The position numbers and the translations under genes were made by a program. From contig DAHWUG010000001.1 in assembly GCA_027334715.1 (NCBI GenBank), positions 15,324 to 79,323 on the forward strand: a DNA stretch of 64,000 bases, read 5' to 3'. The first letter of the stretch is position 1. Each line of letters starts with the position of its first letter. The notes beneath the pieces were generated by a model, which was not told where the DNA came from, ran no database searches, and saw only the letters and a program-made list of their open reading frames with translations. Source of the DNA: Nanobdellota archaeon (GTDB lineage Archaea; Nanobdellota; Nanobdellia; Pacearchaeales; GW2011-AR1). Below, piece by piece: positions 27,974-37,517 of the stretch.

Positions 27974-28526
27974 TTTATGAATTTTAAGATTTCAGGAAGT
28001 TCAGTTACTCCTGTATCTTCTGAGAAATGTCCTTTATCCTTTAAAATTATTACTCTTGCTCCTAAACTATTCTCAAAAATGCTTTTATTAGAGTTTACAA
28101 ATCCGTAAGGCTCATTACTTGATAAAAAAACAGTAAGGCTGTAAATTTTTTGCCTGATCTTACCGAAATCAATTGGTGTATTTATCCAAGGTTTTGCAAT
28201 ATCTTTTTCATCTTCTTCCAAATTATCAAGCTTAAACCACCCGGCTATAAAAATGCAGCTTACCTTTCCATTAAAATCTTCTTTTTCTAAATATCTCATT
28301 ATTGTCTGACAACCAATGCTGTGACCAATAAGTAAAGTCTTATTATCCAGTTTTCCAATGCTTTTTTCCAGGAAAGAAATCCAAGATTCTATTTTTGGTT
28401 CTTCAGGATTTGCCATTTTTGGCTGAATTACTTTATACCCTTTTTTTCCAATTTTTTTCTTAACCATTGATGCATAGGTTCATCTGGAGAACCACCCCAA
28501 CCATGAATAAGAATTGCTCTTTTCAT
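27970..28526 (-). CDS. YdeN/RBBP9-like alpha/beta hydrolase, interrupted by a -1 frameshift near 28441-28447
   Basis: Frame 1 from ATG 28526: MKRAILIHGWGGSPDEPMHQWLRKKLEKK. The -1 frame continues GYKVIQP...GHSIGC...KGHF. Confidence 0.8.
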
Positions 28527-29893
28527 TAAAACCTTATTTTTTTTATTTTGCCAAATTTTTTTGCCAGTTTCTGCATCTGCCTCTGGTCAAGACCTTTTGA
28601 CATATCCATTCCGCTGCCCGACTTTACCATTTCATTAAGGAGCCTATACTGTTTTAACAAAGAACGCACATCGCTTCCATGAACGCCCGCTCCCTGCGCA
28701 ACTCTTGAAATTCTGGATGTCTGTTTTTCAAGAAGTTCCGGATTTTCCTTTTCTTCCCTTGTCATTGATTTAAGAATGTGCTCCCATTTTGCCAGTTTTG
28801 CTTCCTGGCTTTCAAGGACATTGTCCGGAATTTTTGCTGAACCAAATCCGGGAATCATTGATTTTATTTTTTCAAATCCACCCAGTGAATTCATTGAACG
28901 AACCTGCTCTATGACATCTTCAAGGCTGAGTTTTCCTTCTGCAATCTGTTGTTGCATTTTTTCCTGCTTTTTTTCATCTGTTACAGAACGAATTTTTTCC
29001 ATAAGAGCTTCCAAATCTCCCATTCCAAGAAGCCTTGAAAGGAAAGAAGATGGATTGAATTCTTCAATGTCATTTATTTTCTCGCCTGTTGTTATAAAAT
29101 AAACAGGAGCCTTTGTCTCTGCGCATGCAGTTAGAGCTCCGCCGCCCTTTGCAGTTGAATCCATTCTTGTTATTATAACTCCCGAAATCTTCAAAGCTTG
29201 AAGAAACTCCTGAGCCTGCTTTTTAGCTGCCTGGCCGATATCTGCAGGCATTACAAGTATTGTTTCTGTCGGTCTGATTTCCCTATCGAGCGCTTTTATT
29301 TCTTCAATAAGCTCTTTGTCCAGAGTGTGTCTTCCAGCTGTATCAATAACAACAACATTGTAATCTTTCAATTGTTTTTCACAACTTTTCCAGAGATTTA
29401 CTGCATTTTTTTCTTTCATGTCAACAAAACAGTTAAGATGATTTCTTTCTGCAAGCTGCTTTAATTGTTCTGGTGCTGCAGGGCGATAAACATCAAGGCC
29501 CACAAGAGCTGCCTTGTTCCCCCTTTTTGCATAATAATTTCCAAGTTTTGCAATTGTTGTCGTCTTTCCTGCTCCATACAAACCAAGAAGCATAATTCTG
29601 TTTTGGGTTTTTTTAAGTTCAAGAGGTTTGTATTCCCCCAAAATCCTTGCAAGTTCATCATGAAGCAACTTGATTATGTGCTCTTTTTTTTCAATGCCTT
29701 TTATTCTTTCATCCATGGCAGTTTTTCTTATCTTTTCGCTGAGCTCTTTTACAAGAAGAACATTGACATCTGCTTCAATCAATGCCCTTTGCAGGTCTTT
29801 TATTATGGAATCAACCATATCTTTGTCAAGAAATATAGCATTTGCGATTTTGTTTGTTGTTCTTCTTAACAAGTCTCCAAGTTTTTCAAGCAT
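28526..29893 (-). CDS. srp54: Signal recognition particle protein SRP54
   Basis: GLYGAGKTT, DTAGRH, TRMDSTAKGGG, Met-rich M domain. Confidence 0.95.
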   Translation of the reverse strand: MLEKLGDLLRRTTNKIANAIFLDKDMVDSIIKDLQRALIEADVNVLLVKELSEKIRKTAMDERIKGIEKKEHIIKLLHDELARILGEYKPLELKKTQNRIMLLGLYGAGKTTTIAKLGNYYAKRGNKAALVGLDVYRPAAPEQLKQLAERNHLNCFVDMKEKNAVNLWKSCEKQLKDYNVVVIDTAGRHTLDKELIEEIKALDREIRPTETILVMPADIGQAAKKQAQEFLQALKISGVIITRMDSTAKGGGALTACAETKAPVYFITTGEKINDIEEFNPSSFLSRLLGMGDLEALMEKIRSVTDEKKQEKMQQQIAEGKLSLEDVIEQVRSMNSLGGFEKIKSMIPGFGSAKIPDNVLESQEAKLAKWEHILKSMTREEKENPELLEKQTSRISRVAQGAGVHGSDVRSLLKQYRLLNEMVKSGSGMDMSKGLDQRQMQKLAKKFGKIKKIRF

Positions 29894-29930
29894 TGAAAAA
29901 GAAGCCAATTTAGAGTTAATAAATTTGTGG

Positions 29931-30956
29931 TTACAACCCTAATTTTTCAGTAAACTTTCTCTTGTCAAAAAGCTCCAGGTCCCTGTATTCCTGGCCAGTT
30001 CCAAGGAAAAGAACAGGTCTTCTTGTTGCATAGCTTACAGAAACAGCTGTTCCGCCCTTTTCATCCACATCTGCCTTTGTTAAAATTATTCCGTCAATTC
30101 CAACTGCCTCATTAAAGCTTTCTGCCTGTTCTACAGAATCATTTCCAGTTATGCTTTCTCCTATGAAAAGTTTTAAATCAGGTTTACAGACATTTGAAAT
30201 TTTCTCAATTTCTTTCATGAGATTTTTTGCAGTGTGCATTCTTCCTGCCGTGTCAATCAATACTACAGGTATATGATTTTTCTTTGCATAGCTTATTGCA
30301 TCAAAGCCAACCGCTGCAGGATCTGAACCATACTGCTGGCTTATTATTTTGACATTCAGCTTTTCTCCGTGCTTTTTCAGCTGCTCTATTGATGCTGCAC
30401 GGAAAGTATCTGCAGCTGCAATAACACTTGAGAGTCTTTTGTCTTTCAAATATTCTGCAACTTTTGCAATTGTTGTTGTTTTTCCTGTTCCATTTATTCC
30501 AACAAAAAGAATTATATACGGCTCTTTTGAATTTGCCTGCTTTTCTGCAATTTTAAAGGAAATGTCAAAAGGGTTCATTATTATTTCTTCAATTGTATCC
30601 CTCAAACTGGCTTTTATTTCAGATTCTATTTCATCTTTTAGAAATTCCCTGCCTAAAACACGCCTTTTCAACTCCCAGATTATTTTCTCAACAGCAGTGT
30701 ACGCAACATTATTCTCAAGAAGAAGATTTTGCAAATCATCGCTGTACCTGTTGAAATCTTCCTCTGATATTTCCGTTTTTGAGATTTTTGTCTTTATTTT
30801 TTCAAAAAAACCTTCCTTTTTCTCGCTTACTTCTATTTTTCTCGGCTTTTTCCCTGCTTTTTCCCTGGTTTCTGCCTTTATTTCCTGCTTTTTTGCTTCT
30901 TCTTTTGAGAGTTTTTTAGCCCAGCCGCTTATTTTTTCCCTTAAAAACTTAAACAT
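29931..30956 (-). CDS. ftsY: SRP receptor FtsY
   Basis: GINGTGKTTT, DTFRAA, DTAGR, TKADVDEKGG, GTGQ. Confidence 0.95.
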   Translation of the reverse strand: MFKFLREKISGWAKKLSKEEAKKQEIKAETREKAGKKPRKIEVSEKKEGFFEKIKTKISKTEISEEDFNRYSDDLQNLLLENNVAYTAVEKIIWELKRRVLGREFLKDEIESEIKASLRDTIEEIIMNPFDISFKIAEKQANSKEPYIILFVGINGTGKTTTIAKVAEYLKDKRLSSVIAAADTFRAASIEQLKKHGEKLNVKIISQQYGSDPAAVGFDAISYAKKNHIPVVLIDTAGRMHTAKNLMKEIEKISNVCKPDLKLFIGESITGNDSVEQAESFNEAVGIDGIILTKADVDEKGGTAVSVSYATRRPVLFLGTGQEYRDLELFDKRKFTEKLGL

Positions 30957-31035
30957 ACTTTTTCCATGTTTTGCACGTTTATAACTTTTTTTAGTGAACA
31001 TAAATTTTTATAAATAAAGAAAAGCTTTTTTGGGC

Positions 31036-32343
31036 ATGAAGGGCATTCTAGTAATCCTTGATGGCCTTGGAGACCTGGATTCTAAGCAACTAGACGGCAA
31101 AACACCGCTTGAAGCAGCTGAAATGCCCAACTTGGACTTCTTGGCAAACAGGGGTCATATGGGTTTCATGTATCCAGTAAGGCCAGGCTTTGTGCCTGAA
31201 TCAGATGAGGCTGTTGTTTCTATTTTTGGGAATGACTTAATGGATAGCTCAAGGGGGCAGCTTGAAGCACGCGGTGCCGGATTGAACTTAACAAGAGGAG
31301 ACCTTGCATTAAGAGTTAATTTTGCAACAATAGATAATATTGAATCAGGAAATATCATCGACAGAAGAGCCGGAAGGACACTTACGACCAATGAAGCTGA
31401 AATTCTTGCCAAGGCATTGAACAAAATAAGACTTCCCTGCGAGTTTGAATTTAAATCCACAATACAACATCGTGCTGTCCTGGTGCTTAAAGGCGGCTTT
31501 TCAGATAGCATCTCTGGAAATGATTATACATACACCGGAGGGCAAGCAATAGCTGCTGAAAAAATAGGTGTTTTCAAACCTCTTGATGAGGAAGATAATT
31601 CAACATATACCACAAATGTCTTAAAAGAATTTATAGAAAAGGCATACGAAGTTCTGGATAAACATCCAGTAAATGAAGAAAGAAGAAGAAGAGGATTGCT
31701 TCCCGCTAACTTCTTGCTAATGAGGGGGGCAGGTATTGAGCCCCAAAAATTAAAATACTACAAAAAATGGATGTCTGTTGCTTACATGCCTTTGGAAAAG
31801 GGTTTTGCAAAAATATGCGGAATGACTAATTTTTCATTCGACTATCCCAAACTGAAAAATCTGGATGCTTATTCAAATCTTTGGCAGGGGCTTAAGGAAG
31901 CATGCGAATTTTCTGAGAAAGCAATAAAAAAGAATTTCAAAAATTTTGATTATGCTTATGTACATATAAAGGAGACAGATTTACCCGGACATGATAACAA
32001 ACCATTTGAGAAAAAGCATATGCTTGAATACATTGACAAGACTTTCTTCAAATTTCTTGTTTCTTTTGCACCACCAAACAAAATAAAGGTGATTGTTACG
32101 GGGGACCATTCAACACCATGCAGATTGAAAGCTCATAGTGCAGATCCTGTTCCTATAATGTTTTACAATCAGTCTCTGCCTAAAATGAGAAGCTTTGGAC
32201 TTGGAAGATTTTTCAGCAAACAAAGTGCTATTGAAGGAGAGAAAGAGAAAAAAAGGGTCAAATTCTCTGAAAGAGAGGCAAGAAAAGGTACTCTTGGGAG
32301 AATTCTTGGAAAGGACATTTTGGAAAGGCTTGGATTTATTTGA
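31036..32343 (+). CDS. apgM: 2,3-BPG-independent phosphoglycerate mutase (archaeal type)
   Basis: ILDGLGD, TPLEAA, PESD, SRGQLEA, D.PGHD, TGDHSTP, HSADPVP. Confidence 0.9.
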   Translation: MKGILVILDGLGDLDSKQLDGKTPLEAAEMPNLDFLANRGHMGFMYPVRPGFVPESDEAVVSIFGNDLMDSSRGQLEARGAGLNLTRGDLALRVNFATIDNIESGNIIDRRAGRTLTTNEAEILAKALNKIRLPCEFEFKSTIQHRAVLVLKGGFSDSISGNDYTYTGGQAIAAEKIGVFKPLDEEDNSTYTTNVLKEFIEKAYEVLDKHPVNEERRRRGLLPANFLLMRGAGIEPQKLKYYKKWMSVAYMPLEKGFAKICGMTNFSFDYPKLKNLDAYSNLWQGLKEACEFSEKAIKKNFKNFDYAYVHIKETDLPGHDNKPFEKKHMLEYIDKTFFKFLVSFAPPNKIKVIVTGDHSTPCRLKAHSADPVPIMFYNQSLPKMRSFGLGRFFSKQSAIEGEKEKKRVKFSEREARKGTLGRILGKDILERLGFI

Positions 32344-32415
32344 ATGCTTCTTAATTATGACTTTTCATTATAGCAATCATTAAAAATGCCATGTGTTTTT
32401 CAGAGTTTAGGCAAG

Positions 32416-32970
32416 ATGATAACCTACAATGATATTTATGAAGCTGCAAGAAAAGAGAGATATTCTGAGCAGCTGCAGCAGATTCCCAAGAATTTTGTTG
32501 AGGAAGTCGCAGGGTATTTAAGAGACAAGAAAGAAATGGCTTCAAAGGAAGATGATGTTTTCTCAGAGGCAATTGCAAAGACAAAAAAACAACTTGAGAA
32601 TGCAATAACCCTTTTCAAGGAGCTTTTGCTTAGAAGAAGAAAAAAAATACTGGCCCTTGTTCTAATTGCCACTGAAACAGGCATTTCAAAACAGGATTTT
32701 GAGAATATGCTTGGGTTTGAAAAAGAGCTTTTTGAAGCGCTGATGAAGAACATTGACCTGACAGACAAAAGCATTCAGGAAATACTTAATGGGAAAAAAC
32801 AGGAAGAAACAAATAATGAGCTGATAATCTTCAAGACGAATGTTGATGAATTTATGGACCTGGAAGGCGGAAAACTTGGGCCCTTTGAAAAAGGTCAGAT
32901 GGCAAATATCCCTAAAAACATTGCTAAAATACTGATTGATGACGGAAAAGCAGAGATTGTGCAAAGATAA
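32416..32970 (+). CDS. GINS subunit (A-B domain order, Gins15/51 type)
   Basis: Helical A domain with LLRRRKKI; C-terminal B domain GPFEKG...IAKILI..GKA. Confidence 0.78.
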   Translation: MITYNDIYEAARKERYSEQLQQIPKNFVEEVAGYLRDKKEMASKEDDVFSEAIAKTKKQLENAITLFKELLLRRRKKILALVLIATETGISKQDFENMLGFEKELFEALMKNIDLTDKSIQEILNGKKQEETNNELIIFKTNVDEFMDLEGGKLGPFEKGQMANIPKNIAKILIDDGKAEIVQR

Positions 32971-33012
32971 AATAATTTTATAAACAAGATTCCTAATTAA
33001 ATATCCGACAAA

Positions 33013-33495
33013 ATGACTTTAAATGCAGAAAGAAACCTTGAAAGCGTTGCCTTTGAAGCAAATGACCAGAATGTAAAGCAGCTAAAAGGAATTAAGAGGA
33101 TATTGTACACCCCCTATGCTATTTACTGGAAAGGGGGTCAGATGAGGTCTTATCAGGAAGAAGCTGCAGAAAAAGCCGGAATAAAGGCAGAAAATCTTAC
33201 AATTCTGAATGCAGTCATTTTTGGTTTTGGTGGCGCATTGTTATACCACCATCTAGGACAGGACTCAAATTATTTTTTTGGTGAGCATTTTGTGCATAGA
33301 ATGTCTGGATTTTTAGGCACAACCACAGAATATTCTCTTTACGGGTTGTCTGCATTTATGGCTGTGCAATCTTCATTAAGAGCTTTTTATTCCATTAAAA
33401 ATAAGAAAGCTGTTGCTGCTATAGGCATAGAGGCATTTATTGGCGATGCACTAACCTTTCTTTATAAAAAATCTAGAACAAAGCATGTGAAATAA
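33013..33495 (+). CDS. Hypothetical membrane protein
   Basis: 160-aa ORF with hydrophobic segments and its own TATA-like box. Confidence 0.6.
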   Translation: MTLNAERNLESVAFEANDQNVKQLKGIKRILYTPYAIYWKGGQMRSYQEEAAEKAGIKAENLTILNAVIFGFGGALLYHHLGQDSNYFFGEHFVHRMSGFLGTTTEYSLYGLSAFMAVQSSLRAFYSIKNKKAVAAIGIEAFIGDALTFLYKKSRTKHVK

Positions 33496-33544
33496 AACTT
33501 ATTCCTGAATTTGGAATTTTTTCTGCAACAGTCTTTTTTAAAAA

Positions 33545-33644
33545 AGCCTGTGGAGGGAGTTGAACCCTCGACCCCCGGTTAATTCGGAACTTTGTTTTTC
33601 AAAATTCATACAAAACCGATGCTCTGCCACTGAGCTACACAGGC
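33545..33644 (-). tRNA. tRNA-Thr(TGT) with 28-nt intron (33581-33608) at position 37/38
   Basis: TCGGT-TTTGTA|intron|A-ACCGG; full bulge-helix-bulge with GAATTTTG/CAAAGTTC outer helix. Confidence 0.9.
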
Positions 33645-33677
33645 ATGATTTTACAAAGAAACCATGGATTTAAAAGA

Positions 33678-34172
33678 TTATTGATTAAATCTCTTCCATT
33701 CTGTTTTTATTCCTTTAATCTTATTTTCTGTCATGACCAGCTCATCCAAAATGCCGTCAATAAGGGGATATTTCTTTGCCTCTTCCAGTGAAATCCATGC
33801 ATACTGGTCATTTTCCTCTTCCTGCAGTTTTATTTCCCCTGAATCATAATCTGCAATCAAGGAAATAATAATAGAATCTGGAGCAGTTTCCCCATATTGT
33901 GCAATTATGCTTGTAAGATAATCAATATTTTTTATTTCAATTCCGACTTCTTCTCTTACTTCGCGTCTTGCGACTTTCTCAAAGAGATTATACCATGCAT
34001 TTACAGTGTCTTTTGGAAGAGAAAGATAGTCATGAGTTTCAAGCTTCCCACCAGGAACTGTCCACATGCCCGGCCATTTTTTCTTGCTTGCAGAGCGCCT
34101 TGTTATGAGATATTTTCTGTCTTTAATAACAATCACAGTTATTGCAATTTTATATGCGGGTTGCTCCTCCAT
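33678..34172 (-). CDS. NUDIX hydrolase
   Basis: WTVPGGKLE...ARREVREEVG. Confidence 0.9.
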   Translation of the reverse strand: MEEQPAYKIAITVIVIKDRKYLITRRSASKKKWPGMWTVPGGKLETHDYLSLPKDTVNAWYNLFEKVARREVREEVGIEIKNIDYLTSIIAQYGETAPDSIIISLIADYDSGEIKLQEEENDQYAWISLEEAKKYPLIDGILDELVMTENKIKGIKTEWKRFNQ

Positions 34173-34213
34173 TTTATAATAAATTATTAGAAATATATAA
34201 AATTAATTATTAT

Positions 34214-34750
34214 TTACAGCTTTTTTTCAATTCTGAAAATTCTTATTTCACAGAGTGCGAGAGGATAAATTTTCTTTAACTTTAGGCTCAATGACCTTTG
34301 CATTCTGTTCTGTATCAATTCTTCAAACAATGAATCTACTGTCTTGTCCTTTACATAATTTATTATTTCCTCTCTTGCCCTTTCCCTTAGGGCTTTTCTG
34401 ATTTCTCTCGAAACTTTTTTTCTTGTTATCAAAAAAGGTTTTATTTCAACTTTAGCATCCTTTGTTTCTGCCGAGAATGAGTCTTCAACGTAATTTGCCC
34501 CCTTTCTTATCATCTTCCTTATGAAATAAGGAAGGATCACAAATTCCTTCGGGTATGCCTTTGCCTTGTTGTCCTCTATCCTGACATCCATCGTAAGAAG
34601 AACGCTTTTACCTCTTAGCATTCTTGTCAAATCATATTTTATTGTCCTGCCATTAAGCTCTGAAATTTCATAAGCATAAAGCTGGGTATCCCTGTTCAAA
34701 ATAGGAATATCAACATCAAAAAATTTCTGTTTTCTTTTTGCCTGTGCCAT
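34214..34750 (-). CDS. rps3ae: Ribosomal protein eS1 (S3Ae)
   Basis: GRTIKYDL, YFIRKMIRKG, LKKIYPL..CEIR. Confidence 0.85.
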   Translation of the reverse strand: MAQAKRKQKFFDVDIPILNRDTQLYAYEISELNGRTIKYDLTRMLRGKSVLLTMDVRIEDNKAKAYPKEFVILPYFIRKMIRKGANYVEDSFSAETKDAKVEIKPFLITRKKVSREIRKALRERAREEIINYVKDKTVDSLFEELIQNRMQRSLSLKLKKIYPLALCEIRIFRIEKKL

Positions 34751-34770
34751 TTTATCTGTTAATTTTTATT

Positions 34771-35085
34771 TTACTCCTGTTGTATTTTTCCTGCTCTTTT
34801 ATTTCTTCTGCCCTGCCTGTATTTTGCCTTTCCGCATTTTTCGCAGATGTACATAATGTTTGTCTTTTTTGTTGTCTTGGATTTTCTTTTGAATTTTGAA
34901 ACAGCCGGCTTTGAATATTTTCCTTTATTTCCAATACCCCTATTTTGCCCCCTTAATCTTGCTCTATCTTTTGAACCTCTTGTTAAAGCTCCTCTCTTTC
35001 CTCCTGTACCCACTAATTTTATTTTCTGCTTTGTCTTTTCATTGCAGTAAGGACAATACCTGTTCACTGTTTTTGGTATCTTCAT
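34771..35085 (-). CDS. rpl44e: Ribosomal protein eL42 (L44e)
   Basis: MKIPK...RYCPYC...KTTKK...CEKCGK. Confidence 0.92.
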   Translation of the reverse strand: MKIPKTVNRYCPYCNEKTKQKIKLVGTGGKRGALTRGSKDRARLRGQNRGIGNKGKYSKPAVSKFKRKSKTTKKTNIMYICEKCGKAKYRQGRRNKRAGKIQQE

Positions 35086-35154
35086 GATTTGAAAAGAAAA
35101 AATGTCTTTTTAAAGGTTATTAAGAAGCAAGATTAAATCGCCCTGCCAAGAACA

Positions 35155-35225
35155 TGGGCGTACCAAGGATTGAACTTGGGAATCATCCACGTCAAGGATG
35201 CAGTTTGCCACTAGCTTATACGCCC
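35155..35225 (-). tRNA. tRNA-Val(GAC)
   Basis: GGGCGTA/TACGCCC acceptor stem; CATCC-TTGACGT-GGATG anticodon arm. Confidence 0.92.
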
Positions 35226-35352
35226 TTTAAAATGAAGGGTAAATTTAAGGTTTTATATTTTTCCACTTCGAAATAACCACACAATTAGACTACAAGACTA
35301 TTAAAAAACAGCCTCCAGAAATATTTAAATATAACTCTAAACAAATTAACTT

Positions 35353-35577
35353 ATGAGGGGTTATCCAGGAACTTATCCAAGAAGAGGCGGCTCGGGATTC
35401 TTTGTTGTAATATTCGTACTCTTTGGCCTGTATTTAATCAATTATGCAATTCAGTTTATTGTTATACCTGCAGCTTTCAAATCCTTTGAGCAGTGGATAA
35501 TTCTTGCTGGGGGCGTTCTTCTTCTTATAGGTGCAATAAATCAATTGCGATTGAATAGGTATATGAGAGGATATTAA
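35353..35577 (+). CDS. Small 2-TM membrane protein
   Basis: Two hydrophobic helices; TATA tttaaata upstream. Confidence 0.65.
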   Translation: MRGYPGTYPRRGGSGFFVVIFVLFGLYLINYAIQFIVIPAAFKSFEQWIILAGGVLLLIGAINQLRLNRYMRGY

Positions 35578-35668
35578 ATTTATTAGCCTGATTTGAGTTT
35601 TTTATTTTTATTTGATGTTTTCCTCCTATTCTAACAAAATTTATATACGTAATTTGCATGTTTTTTAT

Positions 35669-37516
35669 ATGAGGTTTAGAAGGGGTGAAAATAGTAAAAA
35701 AGGTCAAGTTACTGTTTTCATAATCATTGCAGTTATGATTGTTTCGCTGGCTCTAGGATATCTTTTTTTAAGAAATTCTGTTGCAACACAAAGCATTCCT
35801 GTTGACATACGGCCTGTTTATGATAGCTTTGTTTCCTGCTTGCAGGATAATACCCGGACAGGAATTAGTGTTTTGGAAAGTCAGGGCGGGTACATAAATC
35901 TCCCTGCCTTTGATCCTGGAAACACATACATGCCTTTTTCTTCTCAGCTTAATTTCGCAGGAACGCAGATCCCTTATTGGTATTATATATCAGGAAACAA
36001 CATCCCAAAAACACAGATTCCTTCTGTCAGCGATATGCAGACTTCATTAGGTAATTTTATCTCCCAAAAAATAAGAAGCTGTGACTTAAGAGATTATTAC
36101 TCCCAGGGATTTGTTGTTACAATGGGAGATCCAAGCAGCTCTGTCAATATAAAATCAAATGAAGTTGATGTTAGCTTATCAATGCCTTTAACTATACAAA
36201 AAGGAAATGAAACAGCTGTTGTGAACACACATAAAATTGCAGTAACCTCCCCTCTTGGAGAATTGTACAATTCTGCGCAGACTGTTTATAATGATGAACA
36301 AAAAAACATGTTTTTGGAAAATTATACCATGGATGAATTAATGACTTATGCTCCTGTCGATGGAGTTAAGATTACATGCGGACCTTTGATTTGGAATGCA
36401 AATGATATTTTTGACACACTGCAAAATGCAATAACTGCAAACACTCTTGAGCTAAAATCAAAAGGGGCAACAAACGACTATTTTGCACTACATCTGCCTG
36501 TGAATGATAATGTAAGATTTTTGACCTCCCAGAATTGGTCAAACAGTTTTGAAGTCTCTCCAGCAGACGGGCCGATATTAACAGCTACGCCTGTAGGAAA
36601 TCAGCAGGGTCTCGGAGCTCTTGGATTCTGCTATGTTCCTTATCATTTTGTGTACAACATAAAATATCCTGTTCTTATCCAGATTTACAATCAGAATGAA
36701 ATTTTCCAATTCCCATTTGCAGTTGTCATACAGGGAAACAATCCAAGACAGCCTCTTTCAGGAACAGCTGTTTCTGAAGTTAACTCTCCTTTATGCCAGT
36801 ACAAAAATACACCGGTGCAGATAACTGCTGTTGACAGAAACTTAAATCCAATTGCAAACGCAACCATTTCCTATGAATGCGTTCAGCAAGAATGTTCAAT
36901 AGGTATGACAGACAATTCAGGGGCACTCACTGCAAATTTCCCACAATGCGTAAATGGCTATGTAATTGCACGAGCTCCCGGCTTTAAAGATACAAAATAT
37001 CTTTTTTCAACAGTATCTCAAGGTTCTCTTGAAATGATAATGGACAAACTTTATCCAACAAATGTTCAGCTTCTTGTTGATGGAAAACCATACAGCGGGA
37101 CGGCAATGATAACATTTGATTCAGATTATTCAACACAGACACTTGTCTGGCCTAACCAGAAAACAGTTAATCTTGGAGAGGGCAATGAAAACATAACTGT
37201 TCAGGTTTACATGAATACATCAATAACAATACCTGCAACAACAACACAGCAGTGCGTAACTGTTCCCAATGGAATTCTTGGAATTGTCGGATTGACACGG
37301 CAAAACTGTTTTGAAGTAAATGTTTCCCAGCAGATTATTTCAAATGCTCTTGCAGGAGGAGGAAATACAGAGAATTATTTCCTTGAATCAGACTTATCAC
37401 AAGGCAAAACAGTTCAGATAAATGCACCCAGCTTACCTACTCCAAAGACAATTGGTGACATCCAGAATAATTACAATCTATTTGACCAGAATCAGATAGC
37501 AGTCAACTTAGTATAA
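35669..37516 (+). CDS. Large pilin-like protein with class III signal peptide and C-terminal beta-sandwich domains
   Basis: ENSKKG/QVTVF followed by a hydrophobic helix; C-terminal carboxypeptidase-regulatory-like pattern (PIANATI...TDNSG...ARAPGF). Confidence 0.75.
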   Translation: MRFRRGENSKKGQVTVFIIIAVMIVSLALGYLFLRNSVATQSIPVDIRPVYDSFVSCLQDNTRTGISVLESQGGYINLPAFDPGNTYMPFSSQLNFAGTQIPYWYYISGNNIPKTQIPSVSDMQTSLGNFISQKIRSCDLRDYYSQGFVVTMGDPSSSVNIKSNEVDVSLSMPLTIQKGNETAVVNTHKIAVTSPLGELYNSAQTVYNDEQKNMFLENYTMDELMTYAPVDGVKITCGPLIWNANDIFDTLQNAITANTLELKSKGATNDYFALHLPVNDNVRFLTSQNWSNSFEVSPADGPILTATPVGNQQGLGALGFCYVPYHFVYNIKYPVLIQIYNQNEIFQFPFAVVIQGNNPRQPLSGTAVSEVNSPLCQYKNTPVQITAVDRNLNPIANATISYECVQQECSIGMTDNSGALTANFPQCVNGYVIARAPGFKDTKYLFSTVSQGSLEMIMDKLYPTNVQLLVDGKPYSGTAMITFDSDYSTQTLVWPNQKTVNLGEGNENITVQVYMNTSITIPATTTQQCVTVPNGILGIVGLTRQNCFEVNVSQQIISNALAGGGNTENYFLESDLSQGKTVQINAPSLPTPKTIGDIQNNYNLFDQNQIAVNLV

Positions 37517-37517
37517 A

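Noticed and set aside
35140..35150. gccctgcca resembling the tRNA-Gln 3' end beside tRNA-Val
   Set aside because: Only 9 bp; compatible with chance
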